Source of the DNA: a virus
Strand: one strand, 5' to 3'
Virus record (IMG/VR): IMGVR_UViG_3300031673_008942
Coordinates: 1-64,000 of that record
Length of the DNA: 64,000 nt
Shown in pieces: positions 21,501 to 28,373 of this stretch (the first letter of the stretch is position 1; the number at the start of each line of letters is the position of its first letter). The notes beneath the pieces are model-generated. The model was given only the letters and a program-made list of their open reading frames with translations. It was not told where the DNA came from and made no database searches. Position numbers and translations under genes: made by a program.

Positions 21501-21997
21501 GAACGCAGGGAGGGGGTTATTCCGAAGTTTTATTAAAGCAATGGATTTCTGGAACTATTTATTCGGTGGACAGGTGGCAGTATGTAGATGGTTATATAGA
21601 TGTGGCCAATTTCCCTCAAGAGGAGCATGATAAGATATATGAAGAGGCAAAGAATACATTATCAAAGTATGGAGATAGAAGCATAATAATGAAAATGGAT
21701 AGTGTTGAGGCTTCGGGAAAATTTGAAGATGGTTCATTGGATTTTGTTTATATTGATGCAGACCATTCCTATAATGAGTGCTTGGCGGATTTAAAAGCAT
21801 GGTATCCCAAATTGAGAAATGGTGGATTGATTGCTGGACATGCTTTTTTAGATGGTGAGTTTCCAACTGCAATATTTGGAGTAGAGAGTGCTTTGAGGGA
21901 TTTTTTCAAAGAGGATTTTAATAAAATAGTGAGGATTCCCCATGATATAGAGGGGACGGATTCATGGGCAATTATAAAAGAGGTTAATGATGAATAG
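18551..21997 (+). CDS. Multidomain GT2 + duplicated glycosyltransferase-like domain + class I SAM methyltransferase
   Basis: LSIVMP..GDG..FTGDDD (GT2); two copies of CFIIQGY.CSV.IP.LPN..IIRR.NKG.D...FMNCGV.GPF; VEVGTQGG..DFVYIDADHSY. Confidence 0.8.
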   Translation: MGDFKLSIVMPCWKRPFLEKVQIYSITHQTMDGWEAFIIGDGCDLFESLILEDKDILRWIEEAESRGNRIVLENQEHHGGYGYAVTNRAVRESQGEYFIFTGDDDFLYPSHFENYYNSIKERGVDLLFKATMVGGPREVRSPLVKKGDIGHSEMIVRTSFLKNVPPHDSSDVHDWKIINSVMKSGAISEIDESEEITYWVRYIHNVDWDGLRNFDNTDTEFVLKMYECLSHDGRGFDETKDYIFNNLGKDREVYRDDPSEVLCENTACGRTLVSYSYVERDISVTNLSFFIKNGLSDRITYCFIIQGYRCSVDIPDLPNVYIIRRPNKGYDYEAYGVALESFNLDDFDYFIFMNCGVVGPFLPAYGSRDWWVYFSDKMNNSVKLVGSSIIRREDGAHPVVEGYFFMLDRVGLDVALDSRDIFKNHKVKQEAIGAEWRLSDVILKAGYGIDCMLYRYQGLDWKNKENWKYDMPSREGGYDGVNISPFEVIFHKSSWLADAKYLDKYIKWSAERNEPRGLPRIYNHNIDSRKIAVLVSTRNFRDDFIRKMELFLSMASKVYIYKSVEPVDDWEEKMEEICQQNSLASTSLIEYLDFNLDDGESTSTLEKNWSLSKIEMEGYEWVWLGDTDCNYGVGLNWEKAWEWFLQVTDENEGLDGSTHEGKPVIFRTSMRFGEEGNFVAIPHEAFLDKKKPDEVAINGKILVCYCYIEREDATDNLRFFLENAIYEDVTYCFVIQGYQCSVSIPNLPNIHIIRRENKGFDFGSYKASLDYFDSRDDFDYFVFMNCGVLGPFMHSGIGGNCFEPFVNKINDRVKLVGTSIAMSKYHRNDCHPYVESFFFVVDGIGLAQISEVFSSEFTEPSQAVMGGEVEMSKLVLDSGYDIDCMLYRYQGRDWRNASRSHAMPALEGGYDGTSVSPLEVIFHKPYWRNAQGNDPNYCNKEMVNKYLKWTDGRAPIRLSGVGRREDLGLYLECHHPRGIGVEVGTQGGGYSEVLLKQWISGTIYSVDRWQYVDGYIDVANFPQEEHDKIYEEAKNTLSKYGDRSIIMKMDSVEASGKFEDGSLDFVYIDADHSYNECLADLKAWYPKLRNGGLIAGHAFLDGEFPTAIFGVESALRDFFKEDFNKIVRIPHDIEGTDSWAIIKEVNDE

Positions 21998-22598
21998 AAC
22001 AGAGATATTAAATATTTTGGCTGAGAGGTATGGCTACCAGAGGTTTTTAGAGATTGGTGTTAAGTCTGGGATTAATATGCGTACTGTGTTGTGTGATTAT
22101 AAGGTGGGGGTTGACCCTGACCGGCATGCAAGAGGGGCCACCCATAGAATGTTCTCGGATGAGTTCTTTGCCAGTAATGATGAGAAGTTTGATTTGGTGT
22201 TTATTGATGGTGACCATTCTGAGGAGCAGGTTACTAAAGATGTTAATAATGCCTTGAGCGTATTGATGGATGGTGGTGCTATCGTTATGCATGACTGCAA
22301 TCCTCCAGATGAGTGGTCTCAGCGTCCTGCATCGGAGTTTAAGGGCAAGAGAGGGGAAAGGTGGAATGGTACTGCTTGGAGGTCTTATATGGACTTACGT
22401 GCGGAGAATTCTGAGCTTAATATGTGTGTAGTTGATTGTGATGAGGGTGTTGGGGTTATTCGAAAGGGTTTACAGGAGCGGGTAGTTCTTCCAGAGCCTT
22501 TGACTTATGGGGATTTAACTGCCAATAGGGTGAATTATTTAAATCTCGTACAGCCATCTGATTTTATTTCTTGGTTGGGGGCAATTGATGAAAAATAG
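21987..22598 (+). CDS. Class I SAM-dependent methyltransferase
   Basis: FLEIGV, GVDP, FDLVFIDGDH, IVMHD. Confidence 0.85.
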   Translation: MMNRTEILNILAERYGYQRFLEIGVKSGINMRTVLCDYKVGVDPDRHARGATHRMFSDEFFASNDEKFDLVFIDGDHSEEQVTKDVNNALSVLMDGGAIVMHDCNPPDEWSQRPASEFKGKRGERWNGTAWRSYMDLRAENSELNMCVVDCDEGVGVIRKGLQERVVLPEPLTYGDLTANRVNYLNLVQPSDFISWLGAIDEK

Positions 22599-22977
22599 TG
22601 AAAAGAGAAAGTTTAAGAAGCGGAAGGCCAGAGAGAAGGATAAGAAGGGGAAATCCCCTAATAAGAAGTATCGTTTTCGACTGGAGGCTTTTGTGGATGA
22701 TAAGTGGAGGGCCTATGAGCTCTTCTCCAATAAGGAGGAGATGGAGTCCTATGTGGATTCGGTTGAAAAGGTCCGGAAGGAGGGAAAGACGAGAATCTTT
22801 GATGGGCGTGTTATTGACTTGAAGACCAATAAATATGTTAAATTTATAGAGCGTTTTGACCCTATGTCTATTGCTGCTAATGATTTGGATGATGTTAAGA
22901 ATATAAAGAGTTCTAGAAGGCCGATTACGAACAGTGCGGTTGATGATGTGTCTCAGTTGGGTCTGAAAGATGATTAG
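22588..22977 (+). CDS. Hypothetical protein
   Basis: Overlap-coupled ORF. Confidence 0.5.
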   Translation: MKNSEKRKFKKRKAREKDKKGKSPNKKYRFRLEAFVDDKWRAYELFSNKEEMESYVDSVEKVRKEGKTRIFDGRVIDLKTNKYVKFIERFDPMSIAANDLDDVKNIKSSRRPITNSAVDDVSQLGLKDD

Positions 22978-23491
22978 AGCTTATGCAGGAATTGGTAGTA
23001 GAGATGTAACGGTTGATGAGAAAGCCAGAATGAATAAGTTGGCTTCAGAGTTAAGTGACGAGGGCTGGTATCTTTATTCGGGTCATGCCGATGGTTCTGA
23101 TTATGCGTTTGAGTATGGGTCAGATAGGGATAAGGCTGTGATTTGGCTTCCATGGGAGGGCTTTAATGGTCCAACTGAGGCTAAGTATTGGTACGTGGTG
23201 GGTGATAATGTCAAGGCTCAGGAGTCTGTAGATGAATATCATCCTTCTCCCAAGCGACTGGGAAGACCTGGACGAGCTTTGATGGCAAGGAATTATTATC
23301 AGATTATGGGGGATGGTGATAGGTGGCCAGTGGTTTCCTTTGTGGTGTGTTGTTCTGAGCCAGATAGAGGGGGAGGCGTTAAGGGAGGAACTGGTCAGGC
23401 AGTGAGGATGGCTATGGATAAAGGAATCCCGGTATTCAATTTGAGAGTGTTAGGTCTTGATGAAGTGAGAGATAAAATAAATAAAATTTGA
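22970..23491 (+). CDS. SLOG-superfamily (DprA-like) protein
   Basis: YAGIGSR, LYSGHADGSD.AFE, ARN..QI, GGTGQAVRMA..KGIPVFNL. Confidence 0.8.
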   Translation: MIRAYAGIGSRDVTVDEKARMNKLASELSDEGWYLYSGHADGSDYAFEYGSDRDKAVIWLPWEGFNGPTEAKYWYVVGDNVKAQESVDEYHPSPKRLGRPGRALMARNYYQIMGDGDRWPVVSFVVCCSEPDRGGGVKGGTGQAVRMAMDKGIPVFNLRVLGLDEVRDKINKI

Positions 23492-23510
23492 AATATTGAT
23501 ACAAAAGTAT

Positions 23511-23538
23511 CTGATTTTTTCGTACAATAGGTTATAAT
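23511..23538 (+). promoter_or_regulatory. Putative sigma70-type promoter for the RNA operon
   Basis: CTGATT-N16-TATAAT about 30 nt upstream of the first ncRNA. Confidence 0.45.
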
Positions 23539-23552
23539 ACATTTAAGAATGG

Positions 23553-23565
23553 TGTTCTTTGAAAA
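23553..23565 (+). promoter_or_regulatory. rrn-type boxA antitermination element
   Basis: TGTTCTTTGAAAA between the promoter and the first structured RNA. Confidence 0.6.
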
Positions 23566-23568
23566 TTT

Positions 23569-23771
23569 AATAGTACGCTTCGGAAGAGAGTTGCTTCTGA
23601 ATAACGGACCTAAGGTAGCGAATATGCTCACCCTAACAATTCGGTTGAGGGTGGCTAGCGACATCCATGTATAGGGAAACCAAAGTGGAGAGACCGGTGC
23701 CGTAAACCCTTCGGGGCACGGTAAACGTAGACCACACAAGACATAAACTCTTTTTGATTATTGGTACTATT
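23569..23771 (+). ncRNA. Y-RNA-like ncRNA 1 (~200 nt)
   Basis: Terminal stem AAUAGUAC/GUACUAUU, internal loop GCU/UUAUUG, upper stem UCGGAAGAGAGUU/AACUCUUUUUGA; internal hairpins incl. UUCG and GAAA tetraloops; Ro60 gene downstream. Confidence 0.7.
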
Positions 23772-23781
23772 TTTATATTTT

Positions 23782-23977
23782 TTGATACGCTTCAAGAAGG
23801 AGATACTTCTACACTAGGAAACGAGAAGCTCAATAGATACTGAAGTGCTGAAGTGCTTAGGCACGGTATCTTCTCCACATGGAGGAGCAGGTGGCATATA
23901 AGTCATCTTTTAAGGCGTGAGTTAAGAAGATTGCCGACTCACAAGCAAATGAGACTCTTTTTGATTATTGGTATCAA
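23782..23977 (+). ncRNA. Y-RNA-like ncRNA 2 (~196 nt)
   Basis: Terminal stem UUGAUAC/GUAUCAA (covaries with copy 1), same internal loop and identical 20-nt 3' segment; different internal hairpins. Confidence 0.7.
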
Positions 23978-23985
23978 TTTATTTT

Positions 23986-24061
23986 TCAGTTAACTAGGTC
24001 CTCGCATGACCGTCCCGATGATAAGAGCAAAGGTCGTTAATATTGTCGCCTGGTTGGCTGA
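23986..24061 (+). ncRNA. Unassigned 76-nt structured small RNA
   Basis: 13-bp closing stem UCAGUUAACUAGG/CCUGGUUGGCUGA with inner AUGACC/GGUCGU stem; lies between two RNA genes. Confidence 0.5.
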
Positions 24062-24074
24062 TTTCCCCAATTTT

Positions 24075-24428
24075 GGGGGTGACCAGGATTCGACTGTTTG
24101 GTAGGATTCAAAGTTGCATGCCGAGGATGATAGTTGGCCTCGTAAAACATCTGTCAAAAACATAATTGCAAAAAATATTCTTGCATTTCCTGGGCTTGCT
24201 CAGGAAAAATTAGCTGCATAAGCTACGCCTTTTAGCCCTATGAGGTGTCGTCAATGGGTTCGAGATTAGGATAACTCCCATAAATCCTTCCTTGTAAAGA
24301 ATGGGATGGCTCTTTGGAGGGTTTGCCTTTTCCAATAAGAAGAGCGAGATAGGAATAAAGGAGAAGCATGTAGCGAGCTTTGTTGAAAGTCTCTCAGGAC
24401 GGGGGTTCGATTCCCCCCACCTCCACCA
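24075..24428 (+). ncRNA. ssrA: tmRNA; tag ORF 24168-24221 encodes (A)AKNILAFPGLAQEKLAA
   Basis: 5' GGGGGTGA..GGATTCGAC; 3' T-arm GGGGGTTCGATTCCCCC then CACCTCCACCA; G3:U alanine identity pair; tag ends in LAA-stop. Confidence 0.95.
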
Positions 24429-24460
24429 ATTTTTAAGTAAAGAAGAGGAAACTATATTAG

Positions 24461-25192
24461 ATGAAGTTGTTAGATGGGACGGTTTTAGAGAATTCTAAAA
24501 TTCTTAATTCTGATGATATTGAATGTTATGCTGACTCATTTAAAGATGGATTTGTTGTTATTGATAATATCCTTTGTAATGAGGTGGCAGAAGAACTTTA
24601 TCATTTTTTAAATGTTACGATGTCTGAAGTTCAGTGGTGGTATAGGGCTTTTAACTACGTGGGAACAGCAGAATACTATATTGAGAAGGCTTTTAACGAG
24701 GGCTCGATAAAGACAGCCTGTGAAAGATTGGATAAAGTCAGTGGTAAAGAAGGATTTTTCTATACTTTCAGGCGAACCCTTGAGAATCATTATGAGCATT
24801 GTGCTTGCGTCTATTGCGAATTTTTACCATTTTTAAGAAGTCCTGAATTGTTGGGCTTTATCTCCAAGGTGATTGGGGAAGAGGTTACGTCTCCTAAAGA
24901 GGTCTTTGCTAATTACTATGGTAAGGGAGATTTTTTGAATGCTCATCATGATGGAATGAAGGGAAAGATTGGGTTCGTCCTTTATTTGACCAAGAATTGG
25001 AAGCCTCAGTATGGTGGTAACCTTCATTTTCTTACAGAAGACTGGCTCACGATAAAAGAAGTAATGGTGCCTGGATTTAATACATTATTGATGTTTAAAT
25101 TGCCCGATGATGGCAAGGGCATTCCTCACTTTGTACCTCCTGTGCAGACGGAGATAGAGAAGAGATTGGCTGTGTCGGGTTGGTTTAAATAA
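24461..25192 (+). CDS. 2OG-Fe(II) oxygenase (prolyl hydroxylase-like)
   Basis: GDFLNAHHD (HxD), VLYLTKNWKPQYGGNLHF, distal H (PHFV) and RLAVSGWF. Confidence 0.88.
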   Translation: MKLLDGTVLENSKILNSDDIECYADSFKDGFVVIDNILCNEVAEELYHFLNVTMSEVQWWYRAFNYVGTAEYYIEKAFNEGSIKTACERLDKVSGKEGFFYTFRRTLENHYEHCACVYCEFLPFLRSPELLGFISKVIGEEVTSPKEVFANYYGKGDFLNAHHDGMKGKIGFVLYLTKNWKPQYGGNLHFLTEDWLTIKEVMVPGFNTLLMFKLPDDGKGIPHFVPPVQTEIEKRLAVSGWFK

Positions 25193-25209
25193 TAATTTTG
25201 AGGAAAAGC

Positions 25210-25237
25210 TTGATATTCTCTCACAATTTTGTAAAAT
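25210..25237 (+). promoter_or_regulatory. Putative sigma70-type promoter for csp-tRNA-Ro60
   Basis: TTGATA-N16-TAAAAT. Confidence 0.4.
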
Positions 25238-25302
25238 AAACTCTCAAACATATATAATAAGCATGAAAGTTATTTATTAATTACACGTAAGGAATAAGAA
25301 AG

Positions 25303-25494
25303 ATGGAAGAAGGAACAGTAAAGTGGTTTAACTCTGAAAAGGGTTTCGGATTCATTGGAAGAGATGGAGAGGATGATGTATTCGTTCATCATTCAGAGGT
25401 AGACGGCCCTGATTTACAGGAAGATGAGAAGGTCGAATTTGAGATTGGGCAGGGACCTAAGGGTGCTTGTGCGAAGAACGTCAGGAAAATTTAA
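25303..25494 (+). CDS. csp: Cold-shock domain RNA chaperone
   Basis: [22 protein letters not shown] (RNP1/RNP2). Confidence 0.95.
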   Translation: MEEGTVKWFNSEKGFGFIGRDGEDDVFVHHSEVDGPDLQEDEKVEFEIGQGPKGACAKNVRKI

Positions 25495-25498
25495 AGTT

Positions 25499-25576
25499 TG
25501 CGGAGTAGAGCAGTCCGGTCAGCTCGCTAGGCTCATAACCTGGAGGCCGAAGGTTCGAATCCTTCCTCCGCCACCA
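25499..25576 (+). tRNA. tRNA-Met(CAT), initiator-like (fMet)
   Basis: Cloverleaf, CAT anticodon, encoded CCA, U1xC72 mismatch, A11:U24. Confidence 0.92.
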
Positions 25577-25670
25577 ATTTAAGTAATATGTATTGATATA
25601 GCTCGCATGTTGTGAGTTAATTGTTATCGGTGGCAATTAAGCCACGCTTCAAATGAAAAAGGAGAGTATT

Positions 25671-27467
25671 ATGGGTACTATGGACTCTATTGCTCGTAAG
25701 AAAAGAGAGGCTAAGAGCAAGCCTTCAAATGCTGAAAATGCAACTACTAACCGTGCTGGTGGAGTATCTTTTGATATTGACGACCCTGCGTTGAAGTTGG
25801 TTGCTATGACCGGTGGTTCGTTTTTCGCAGAACCTCGATACTACAGTGGTGATGCCATTGTCGCTGCTCGTACTACCTCGGCAAGAGGTGCATCTATGAA
25901 GGACAAATTCGGAAAGCTTGAACAGCGTCTGAAGATTGTGGATGGAAAATTAAACGGTTTTGCCTCATGTGAGGAGCTTGATGATGTGGCTCGTGAAATC
26001 GTTGCGACTGCTATGAGTATTGCCGAAACTGATAATCCTGCTGACTTGTTGGCTATTGCCAACTGGCTTCGTAATGAGGCAAATATCCGATTGACCCCAC
26101 AGGTTCTTTTGGTTATTGCATCTCGTTGTGACTCTACCAAGTCTCTTGTAAGGCGTTATGCTCCAAGCATTGTTGTGCGTCCAGATGAAGTTAAGACTTG
26201 TCTGATGATGCATCGTTTTTTCTTCGGCTATAAGTCGTTGGCGAATGGTTTGGCTTGGGGGCTTTGCGATGCCTTGTCGGGGTTTGGTGAAAGAGGTTTG
26301 TTGAAGTATGACAGTTCTTCTTTCCCAACTTGGAAGGATGTTTTGGAATGGTTGCCACGTAAGAACGGTAAGCCATTGAGTTCTGCTGTTGCCAAGTACT
26401 TCATCACTGGTGAAGTGGTTGATGCGAAGGCAACTCCTATCATTGCGGCTCGTAAGGAACTTGCAAAGTGTGAGAAGTTCGAAGGAAAAGCATTTGATTT
26501 GGCTAAGGCTTCCTTGGTTAACTGGGAAGTTCTGTTGACTCAATTCGGACATACTAAATCTGGCAAGAAGGCTGTTTGGGAATATCTGTTGGATAATGAC
26601 CAAGTTGGCTACATGGCATTGTTAAGGAACCTGCGTAACTTCCATGAAGCAGAAATCAGCGCTGAGCATGTTGATAAGGTTTGTGCAAAGATTTCTGATT
26701 TGGAAGAAGTTCGTAAGAGCAGGCAGTTGCCATTTCGTTTTTTGATGGCTCATCAGATTATTGAAGACCTTGGTGGCGATTCCCGTCGTCTTGGTAAGCT
26801 TACTGATGCAATTGCTCAGGCGTCCAACCATGCTTGTGAAAATGTATTCTTGCCAGGTTTGACGGTTGTAATGGCTGACAATTCTGGTTCAATGAGTTCT
26901 CAGATTTCGGCTAAAAGTCAGATGACTTGTGCCGGTGCTGCAAACTCTCTTTGTGGTATTGTTGCTAAGGCTTCTGATGATGCTTATGTGATTTCTTTTG
27001 GGCAGACTATGAAAGAGGTCCGTTTTTCTAAGAATACGGATACTGTTGTTGGTATCGCTCGTGCTGTTGCTGGCGCAAATGTTGGACATTCGACCAATGC
27101 TCATTTGGGTATTGCGTGGATGATTAAGAATAACATTGTTCCTGACCGTGTTATTCTGTTGTCTGACATGCAGTGTTGGGACAGCGATGGCGGATGGTAT
27201 TCCGATGGCTCAGTATGTGACGCTTGGGCTAAGTACAAGAAGGTTTCCAAAGGGGCTTCAAAGACTTGGTTCCATTCGGTTCATATTAATGGTTATGGCG
27301 ACAATCCAATTGATGCCAAGAGTGACAAGGTTAACCTTGTTTCTGGGTTCTCTGAAAAGATTATCCCAATGCTTTTGGAATCAGAAGGAACCGTAGCAGG
27401 GGCTTCAGAAGAAGCTCAGGCATTGCCAACCGTTGAGCAGATTCGCCAAAAGTGGTCTGTAAGCTAA
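25671..27467 (+). CDS. rsr: Ro60/Rsr RNA-binding protein (TROVE + vWA)
   Basis: NRAGG, MALLRNLRN, SRQLPFRF, MIDAS DNSGSM..T..SD; AAGGAG RBS before ATG 25671. Confidence 0.92.
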   Translation: MGTMDSIARKKREAKSKPSNAENATTNRAGGVSFDIDDPALKLVAMTGGSFFAEPRYYSGDAIVAARTTSARGASMKDKFGKLEQRLKIVDGKLNGFASCEELDDVAREIVATAMSIAETDNPADLLAIANWLRNEANIRLTPQVLLVIASRCDSTKSLVRRYAPSIVVRPDEVKTCLMMHRFFFGYKSLANGLAWGLCDALSGFGERGLLKYDSSSFPTWKDVLEWLPRKNGKPLSSAVAKYFITGEVVDAKATPIIAARKELAKCEKFEGKAFDLAKASLVNWEVLLTQFGHTKSGKKAVWEYLLDNDQVGYMALLRNLRNFHEAEISAEHVDKVCAKISDLEEVRKSRQLPFRFLMAHQIIEDLGGDSRRLGKLTDAIAQASNHACENVFLPGLTVVMADNSGSMSSQISAKSQMTCAGAANSLCGIVAKASDDAYVISFGQTMKEVRFSKNTDTVVGIARAVAGANVGHSTNAHLGIAWMIKNNIVPDRVILLSDMQCWDSDGGWYSDGSVCDAWAKYKKVSKGASKTWFHSVHINGYGDNPIDAKSDKVNLVSGFSEKIIPMLLESEGTVAGASEEAQALPTVEQIRQKWSVS

Positions 27468-27489
27468 ATTAATTTGTCGGCAGACGGAT

Positions 27490-27522
27490 GAGCTCTCTCC
27501 TTAACTGGGGAGGGCTCTTTTT
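27490..27522 (+). terminator. Terminator closing the RNA/Ro60 module
   Basis: GAGCTCTCTCC-ttaact-GGGGAGGGCTC-TTTTT. Confidence 0.8.
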
Positions 27523-27677
27523 ATTTAAAATAATTTGCTATTTCTGATGTCTCAAGAGGAAGTACGGATGGATTTTTTGATGAAAGCTCTGATGAGGTTA
27601 AAATTGAATCAAAGACTGATGACAAGAAGGTGGTTACCACTCCCTCTGACAGTGCTAAGTAATTGTTAATCCTCACC

Positions 27678-27714
27678 AAAGCTCAATGCTATTAATTTAG
27701 TGTTGGGCTTTTTT
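27678..27714 (+). terminator. Rho-independent terminator
   Basis: AAAGCTCAATGCTA...TAGTGTTGGGCTTTTTT. Confidence 0.65.
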
Positions 27715-27755
27715 ATTTTATAAAGGAATTTATATAATAAGGATAAAAGAGGATT

Positions 27756-28331
27756 ATGATGGCGAGTATACAAACATGTAATGGGGTTATATTGATGGGA
27801 ACGAACAGTCAGCCTGCGGGTAAATGTTGCCCTAGCACTGCCATCAATCCTTGTGAACCAGACCCAGAGATGTTGGTTAAGATTTTTGATGCAGACTATG
27901 CCGGTGGGAATATTACCTGGTGTGGTCTCACCTGGACACCTGCTCAAGTGCAGGCGGGAGAAGAAAAAAGTTTATGTGGCATCTTTCAGCAAACATATAG
28001 CACGGGTTCTCCATATTTGGTCTCTGAGGCTTGGCACTATGGTGCATCATTGAGTCTCCATAGAGTGATTAATTATTCTTTTGGGCTGACTCAATGGAGT
28101 AATTTCCTTGGAATTAGTCCTTCTCCGATTGGAACTCTTGTAAGGGATTTAAAAAAATGGACAGGCTTCCCTCCGCCTGCGGCAGGAAGTAGTACGGTTT
28201 TTAGTTCTTTGAGCTTAATTTTGGGGGTGGCTACTCCTACAAAGGGTGATTATAACATAACGGATGATTTTTTTGGTTCCCATCTGTCTGGAGGGATTAC
28301 TTATTCTTGGGCAAAAGGGCAGGGGTGGTAG
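27756..28331 (+). CDS. Hypothetical protein with Cys-rich N-terminus
   Basis: GAGG RBS; flanked by terminators. Confidence 0.55.
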   Translation: MMASIQTCNGVILMGTNSQPAGKCCPSTAINPCEPDPEMLVKIFDADYAGGNITWCGLTWTPAQVQAGEEKSLCGIFQQTYSTGSPYLVSEAWHYGASLSLHRVINYSFGLTQWSNFLGISPSPIGTLVRDLKKWTGFPPPAAGSSTVFSSLSLILGVATPTKGDYNITDDFFGSHLSGGITYSWAKGQGW

Positions 28332-28373
28332 TTAAAACGTTGACAGTATAGTGGTTAGATAATTATTTCATGT

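Noticed and set aside
23395-23739. Minus-strand 114-aa ORF
   Set aside because: Antisense to the SLOG gene and ncRNA 1; no recognisable protein features
23747-23973. 20-nt direct repeat as a CRISPR array
   Set aside because: Only two copies about 207 nt apart, each pairing with its own upstream sequence; no cas genes
23569-23977. 6S RNA, RNase P RNA or SRP RNA identity for the ~200-nt elements
   Set aside because: The interiors are multi-hairpin rather than a rod with a central bubble; no GAGGAAAGUCC (RNase P) or SRP helix-8 motif is seen
24301-24498. 65-aa ORF
   Set aside because: Overlaps the tmRNA 3' domain; spurious
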